A DNA stretch of 64,000 nucleotides. Origin: an uncultured cyanobacterium (GTDB lineage Bacteria; Cyanobacteriota; Cyanobacteriia; Cyanobacteriales; Nostocaceae). Below, one piece after another: positions 58,973-64,000 of this stretch (its first letter is position 1; every line of letters begins with the position of its first letter). The stretch is from contig OY970166.1 of NCBI GenBank assembly GCA_963706595.1, positions 1,408,001 through 1,472,000 on the forward strand, written 5' to 3'. Both the position numbers and the translations under genes were made by a program. The notes beneath the pieces were generated by a model. It was not told the origin of the DNA, made no database searches, and worked only from the letters and a program-made list of their open reading frames with translations.

Positions 58973-60109
58973 ATGGGATTTGCTGAAGATATTACTAAAT
59001 TATCTAAACAAGTACGTAAGCGAATAGACAATGTTTTTGGTGAAGAAGCCACTAAGATGGCGCTAATTGTCCCTTTTTTAAGCGCCCTTGGTTATGATAT
59101 TCATGATCCTAGTGAAGTGATACCAGAATATATTGCAGATTTTGCTATAAAAAAAGCAGGACAGTTTGAAAAGGTAGATTATGCTTTAGCTATAAATGGT
59201 TCTATTGTCATGTTAGTAGAAGCTAAAGCCTATGGTGAAAAAGCTGAGGCACATGATGGGCAGTTAAGTCGTTATTTCAATGGTCTTTTAACAACAAAGA
59301 TTGCTATTGTTACTAACGGAATCGATTATCGGTTCTTTACAGATTTACGTCATAAAAATGTCATGGATAAGGAGCCATTTTTCATTTTTAATATTCTTGA
59401 ATATCAGACTAAAGATATTGAGAATATCCAGTTTTTTCACCGCAATATCTTTGATATTGAAGCTATTAGTCATCATGCTGAAGAAATGATCTATGTAAAA
59501 GCTATCACTCAACTGATTGGGAATGTTTTACGTTCTCCCTCGGAAGGATTTGTGCGTTTTTTAGTGAGTGAACTTGGTACAGTAGCTCCTGGTTATGAAA
59601 TTCCCGGTCGAATTACTGCTAAGGTGATTGAAAAATTCCAACCTATTATTAAAAAATCTATTCAATTTGGTGTATTAGAATTGATGACAAGTTCCCTCAA
59701 TCAAGAAATGGCACAGTCCGTTAAATCTATTAATGTTTATCAGTCTGATGAACCAAATATTGAAGCAGAAGAATTAGCAGCTTTTGAAAAAATCCAAACA
59801 ATTATTCAAAAATCTAGAAGCTATAAATTGCAAATTCAATATAAAAATACAGTAAATTATTTCGGCATTAACTTGGGGAAAGTCAAATGGTGGTTTTTAC
59901 GACTGTATTTAACTCCAACAAAGAAGGCTTTTATTGCCCGACTCAGTATAAATGAGGTGAAAAATTTAGCGTCAAGTTTCCTAGTTCAAGAAGTCACAGC
60001 ACCTACAGGGGAAGCATGGTCAAAGATAACAATTTCTTCCGTTGATGATTTAGATAGGCTAAGAATGGTTCTGATTAGGTCTTATGAACTAGAAGCTGCT
60101 AAACATTAA
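58973..60109 (+). CDS. Stand-alone type I restriction enzyme HsdR N-terminal (PD-(D/E)XK) domain protein
   Basis: [27 protein letters not shown]...VEAK, QL.RYF, TNG..YRFF. Confidence 0.8.
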   Translation: MGFAEDITKLSKQVRKRIDNVFGEEATKMALIVPFLSALGYDIHDPSEVIPEYIADFAIKKAGQFEKVDYALAINGSIVMLVEAKAYGEKAEAHDGQLSRYFNGLLTTKIAIVTNGIDYRFFTDLRHKNVMDKEPFFIFNILEYQTKDIENIQFFHRNIFDIEAISHHAEEMIYVKAITQLIGNVLRSPSEGFVRFLVSELGTVAPGYEIPGRITAKVIEKFQPIIKKSIQFGVLELMTSSLNQEMAQSVKSINVYQSDEPNIEAEELAAFEKIQTIIQKSRSYKLQIQYKNTVNYFGINLGKVKWWFLRLYLTPTKKAFIARLSINEVKNLASSFLVQEVTAPTGEAWSKITISSVDDLDRLRMVLIRSYELEAAKH

Positions 60110-61329
60110 TTTACAAAGTTAGACGGGTCTTGATCTCGTCGATGCTGAATGGGAATGGGGGCTGGCTGTCCATTACCTGCAAGGGCTGCGGTTTTCTCCA
60201 GAGATTCCCTCAATCGCTTGGCTGCGTAGATGGACATATCTCGTGGTACATTAATGCGATCGCGCAAATATCGTAAAGCCACATCAGACCCCGATGGAGG
60301 TACACAGTCTTCACCAGTCATCATCTGAGTTAAAGCACAACGTAACGCTTGCTCAAACAAATTATCATCTAAGGGGTTAACTCGGATAATATTGATGCGA
60401 TGTTTGATAGTTCTTTGCAGAGCTTCCATGCGGGAGTTTTCGGGTTCTGGATAAGAAACATCTGGTAGTCCAAACCAAGGACCATTATCCACCCGCGCTT
60501 TATTGAGAAGCATCTGGGGTTCGCCGTTTTCCCAACAGCCCCCCATCTGGGGCGGTAAATCATGTGCGTGGGTGTGAAAGTCGCTCTGAGTACCGCAGTA
60601 AGTAGGTCGGCTTTCCATCGCCGCAAACCATGCGTTTAACCGAGGGTTTTCCTCTCGCAGCGAGTAGCCCTTGTAGTAGTAAAGACTCGCATTCATCCGT
60701 TCCAGATATGGCGTAAAAATCACATCAACAATACCGAAGCTATCGAGAAAGTAAGGGCTTGGGGTGCTACCCAGAGCCTCCTCGACCTTAGCCACCACTG
60801 CGATAAATTGTTCTCGGTTGCGTTGTTCTTGTTGAGAGGAAGCGGCTTTAGAACACAGCCAAACGCACCAAGCTCTAAATAAAAGTCGTTCTAATTGACG
60901 TAGAGGCAGCACCTTGCGGTCTTCCATCCCTTGGCTCAATGGAGCAAAAACCTGTTCCAAAGCGAGCAAAATATCATCGCTTTCCTTAATAATCCGTCCA
61001 TCTAGCTCAATCGCAGGGAGCATTCCTGATGGAACCTTACGTTTGTACCAACTTTCTTTTTCCCCGTAGCAGAACATTGTCACTTTTTCGATGCGATAGG
61101 GGATCTGTTTTTCCTCTAGCCATAACCAAACTTTTTGACAGTAAGGACACCAGGCGTGGTTATCGCGGTACAGCGTTACCCGCACATTAGATTCGGGCTG
61201 ACCAAACAAGCGTAACCTGGCTCTAGCATTGGTGAGACCATTAACAGTATCTATTTGATAGTCCGTGAGGGTTTCTAGTTCTTGCCAGCTTAAGGGTGCG
61301 GTAGTCATAGGGGGAGTTGAGTAGGTCAA
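60106..61329 (-). CDS. Glutathione S-transferase family protein
   Basis: WCPYCQK, LPAIE.DG...ESD; GST C-terminal helices. Confidence 0.88.
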   Translation of the reverse strand: MTYSTPPMTTAPLSWQELETLTDYQIDTVNGLTNARARLRLFGQPESNVRVTLYRDNHAWCPYCQKVWLWLEEKQIPYRIEKVTMFCYGEKESWYKRKVPSGMLPAIELDGRIIKESDDILLALEQVFAPLSQGMEDRKVLPLRQLERLLFRAWCVWLCSKAASSQQEQRNREQFIAVVAKVEEALGSTPSPYFLDSFGIVDVIFTPYLERMNASLYYYKGYSLREENPRLNAWFAAMESRPTYCGTQSDFHTHAHDLPPQMGGCWENGEPQMLLNKARVDNGPWFGLPDVSYPEPENSRMEALQRTIKHRINIIRVNPLDDNLFEQALRCALTQMMTGEDCVPPSGSDVALRYLRDRINVPRDMSIYAAKRLRESLEKTAALAGNGQPAPIPIQHRRDQDPSNFVN

Positions 61330-61365
61330 TACTTAGGACTTTTCTTGACTTTACAATTTTTCCGA

Positions 61366-61890
61366 CTACCTGCCAACATATTTACTAAACAATTGAATAG
61401 CGTCGGCAACATTCACATCTCCATCGCCGTTGGCATCCAAGAAAGAATTCAATACAGAATTTCCACTAGTTTGGGAATTTTGGGTATTAGCACCAGATTG
61501 CAATAAATTTAATACTATAGGCACAATCACAGGTAACAATTGCATAATTGTACCAGTATCTAATCCTGTATGTTGAGAAGCTATCTGTGCTACCTGCTGT
61601 TGGATTTGAGGGGAAAACAGGGAACTGACGGCTTGAGGGTTAGAAGAAGTACCAGCATATTGATTAACTAATGCTTGGGTTGCTTCATTACCTTCTGAGG
61701 CTTGCTTCTGTTGTAAAGCAGAACGTACATAATTACCTACTACACCAACGACAGATTGTATCGTTGAAGGATTTGTACCAGTGGCATTACTCAGCTGATT
61801 AACAGTGTTAATAATACTGCCGAGTTGACCTAAACTAGCTTGTTGATTGGGATTGCTCACAGCACCGATAATTTGATCAAACAGACCCAT
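61366..61890 (-). CDS. DUF937-like protein with a C-terminal EF-hand-like loop
   Basis: MGLFDQI.., LLP.IVP.VL, FLDANGDGDV; AGGAG RBS; start 61890 or 61896. Confidence 0.65.
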   Translation of the reverse strand: MGLFDQIIGAVSNPNQQASLGQLGSIINTVNQLSNATGTNPSTIQSVVGVVGNYVRSALQQKQASEGNEATQALVNQYAGTSSNPQAVSSLFSPQIQQQVAQIASQHTGLDTGTIMQLLPVIVPIVLNLLQSGANTQNSQTSGNSVLNSFLDANGDGDVNVADAIQLFSKYVGR

Positions 61891-61955
61891 AATCATCTTT
61901 CTCCTGATGTTCTCATTCCTTGACTGTAGAACATCTGTTGTTATTATTAAACAAT

Positions 61956-62061
61956 TATAGCGGTATGCACTTCAATGAAGTACATCATAGCCCCCTCCTC
62001 GCTTGCGGGGAGGGGGTTGGGGGTGGGGTTCTTGTATCTCACTTAACTGATAACCGCTATA
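61956..62061. mobile_element. MITE, inverted copy of 24355-24458, TA at both ends
   Basis: TATAGCGGT...ACCGCTATA. Confidence 0.75.
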
Positions 62062-62106
62062 ACTCCGGAAAACCAGACACTTAAGGATGAAAAATCTGGT
62101 AAACAA

Positions 62107-63711
62107 TCATCTCTTCAAAAATTTCTGCCGCATCCGCACCACAAAAGTATTCACCTCTGGTATTTTCAAGAATGAAACAATGATGGCAAATACAGAAATC
62201 CCTACAAAGCCTGATACACACAACTGCAACAGTTGAATGATTAATCCCTGCGTACCTAACAATTGCTGCAAACTGACCAAAGTCCCAAAACTAGCTAACC
62301 CAGCGACAACACTACCCCCAGTCAAACCCAAAATTGGCAAACTCCACTCACGCCAAGGTAAACCATTGAGTTTGCGGTCAAGTAACCATAACAGCATTAA
62401 TATCGAACTGCAATTTACGCCTACTGTTGCTAACACAATACCAGTCGCGCCAAAAGGTTTCACTAAAATCGCATCTAGTCCAGCGTTGAGGAAAATGTTA
62501 AAAATACTAATGCGAAAAGGTGTCTGTCCATCGCCCAAGGCGTAAAACACCCGGACTAAAACATCACGCCCCAAATAAACAAACATCCCAATACCGTAAG
62601 CAATCAGCAGGGATGAAACCAACTGTGTAGCTTCTTGTTTGAAAGCACCCCGTTCATATACTATCTGCACAATTGGCACAGATAACACAATCATCAGCGC
62701 CCCTAAAGGTAGCATAGTCACGGCGGTGAGTAAAATTCCTTGGCGAATGCGTAGTTTTAAGTCTGGCCAATGTTCTGGATCAGCTAGTTTTGCAAACATT
62801 GGTAACAGAGGTAGCAGAATAATATTAGAAATAATGCCCAAAGGAGTCTGCACGAGGAGATTGGCATAGTTAAAACCAGCCGCCGCACCGGGAATCGGAC
62901 TAGCAAAATATAGGTCAGTGGCGACATTAATGGGCATCATCCCGGAGGAAATTGTTGCTGGTGTCATGATTCTAATGACTTCTTGCACCCCAGGGGATTT
63001 AAAATCAAACCGCAGGCGTAATGTACCCAGTCCTAAGCGCCACTGCACAATTAGCTGTACCACCCACTGGAGAATCGCCCCGGCTAGGGTTCCCCAGGCT
63101 AAGACCATACCACCAATGAGGGCGTATTCTGGTTTAATAATATCTTTACCTAGTTGCCCAGTTAAGATGGCAATGCCGGCAATGACAGTAATACTGGATA
63201 ATAAGGGACTGATTGAAAGTAACCAATATTGATTGGCGGCGTTGAGAGTGCCGAAACCAATGCCAATTAAACCCGCAAATAAAGCCATTGGGGCCATGAT
63301 GCGGATCTGTTGAATGGCGATCGCTCTTGTTGTAGGTTCTAAGCCATAACCAACAATATCAATAATTGTATCAGCAAAGAAAATCTGAGCCACCGTCACC
63401 AGCAACAGTAATCCACCCACCAGAGTTGTGACTGTTTCTACCAGTGGTGCGCCTTCTTCCCGTTTGCGCTTGGCTAAGACACTGACAACCGCACTGTGTA
63501 ATGGTCCATTGACACCACCCAGTAGAATTAACAGAAAACCAGGGATAATGTAAGCATAACTATAAGCTGTAGCCGCCGCACCCACACCAAAAGCAGCTGC
63601 GATCGCCTGCTGTCGCACCAAACCAAATACTTTACTAATTAATGTAGCCGCCGCTACAATGCCAGCAATTCCCGCAAAAGAACGAGAAGGTTTCGGATCT
63701 TCTTTTGTCAC
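62107..63711 (-). CDS. murJ: Lipid II flippase
   Basis: SKVFGLVR...A..FG, YERGAF, R.FYA.GD..TP. Confidence 0.93.
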   Translation of the reverse strand: MTKEDPKPSRSFAGIAGIVAAATLISKVFGLVRQQAIAAAFGVGAAATAYSYAYIIPGFLLILLGGVNGPLHSAVVSVLAKRKREEGAPLVETVTTLVGGLLLLVTVAQIFFADTIIDIVGYGLEPTTRAIAIQQIRIMAPMALFAGLIGIGFGTLNAANQYWLLSISPLLSSITVIAGIAILTGQLGKDIIKPEYALIGGMVLAWGTLAGAILQWVVQLIVQWRLGLGTLRLRFDFKSPGVQEVIRIMTPATISSGMMPINVATDLYFASPIPGAAAGFNYANLLVQTPLGIISNIILLPLLPMFAKLADPEHWPDLKLRIRQGILLTAVTMLPLGALMIVLSVPIVQIVYERGAFKQEATQLVSSLLIAYGIGMFVYLGRDVLVRVFYALGDGQTPFRISIFNIFLNAGLDAILVKPFGATGIVLATVGVNCSSILMLLWLLDRKLNGLPWREWSLPILGLTGGSVVAGLASFGTLVSLQQLLGTQGLIIQLLQLCVSGFVGISVFAIIVSFLKIPEVNTFVVRMRQKFLKR

Positions 63712-63749
63712 TAATTTTAACTAATTCGTAATTCGTAATTATATTATTT

Positions 63750-63816
63750 CCTACTCCCTACTCCCCACTCCCTACTCCCCATTCCCTACTCCCCACTCCC
63801 TACTCCCCACTCCCCA
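63750..63816. repeat. STRR heptamers (CTCCCTA/CTCCCCA)n
   Basis: About 9 imperfect copies. Confidence 0.85.
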
Positions 63817-64000
63817 TTACCTACATCCCAAACTATCCCGTGTCGCTACCCCTGTAACTGGATTTACGCCCTCAGCGCGATCGCACATTAAAGAAACTTG
63901 ATACCGATCTATCAAAGCATCAGTAAAATCCGCCCCAGTAATATCCGCATCAAAAAACCGACTCCGGGTCATAGTCGCTTCGGTGAAAATAGCATTTTTT
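63817..64000 (-). CDS. Pentapeptide repeat protein, C-terminal part (truncated by window edge)
   Basis: ..[32 protein letters not shown]-stop. Confidence 0.85.
   Translation of the reverse strand, partial: KNAIFTEATMTRSRFFDADITGADFTDALIDRYQVSLMCDRAEGVNPVTGVATRDSLGCR

Noticed and set aside
50513..60109. Dam methylase plus HsdR_N protein as a restriction-modification system
   Set aside because: They are 7.6 kb apart and belong to different RM classes; solitary Dam-type methylases are normal in cyanobacteria
2119..63232. Numerous short antisense or overlapping ORFs (e.g. 2119..2592, 5096..5494, 6829..7455, 47229..47627, 62237..63232)
   Set aside because: Shadows of well-supported genes on the opposite strand or frame, with no motifs

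Overview
Chromosomal window of a filamentous, probably heterocyst-forming cyanobacterium (Nostocales-like; inferred from frequent HIP1 GCGATCGC sites, STRR heptamer repeats, dispersed mini-elements and gene content). In order it contains: the 3' end of glgX; a HAD phosphatase; a molybdate locus (XRE/PBP regulator, mop, frameshifted modBC, modA, TSUP transporter) with a 36-bp operator-like motif present four times; a retropepsin-like protease followed by four tandem double-glycine-leader peptide genes; a sigma-like/DUF1822 pair divergent from two uncharacterised secreted proteins; a CrtU/CruE-like enzyme; an ABC-2 pair; a transposase-less IS200/IS605 mini-element retaining an omegaRNA-like end; a Met/Cys-rich Csp-like protein; a CBS-HEPN fusion; peroxiredoxins; a glycogen debranching enzyme; an AT-rich desaturase/MscS/ovoA-remnant cassette; a Wzy-type EPS cluster that runs directly into a partner-switching plus H-NOX/cyanobacteriochrome signalling module; a Dam-type methylase; an integrase remnant at tRNA-Met; uvrA with a LexA box; phosphoketolase; a solo HsdR_N protein; GST; murJ. 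The strongest candidates for undescribed biology are the peptide array, the NO/light-to-EPS partner switch, the omegaRNA mini-element, CBS-HEPN and the sigma-like/DUF1822/secreted-protein module. All family assignments come from motif recognition by eye, not from database searches.
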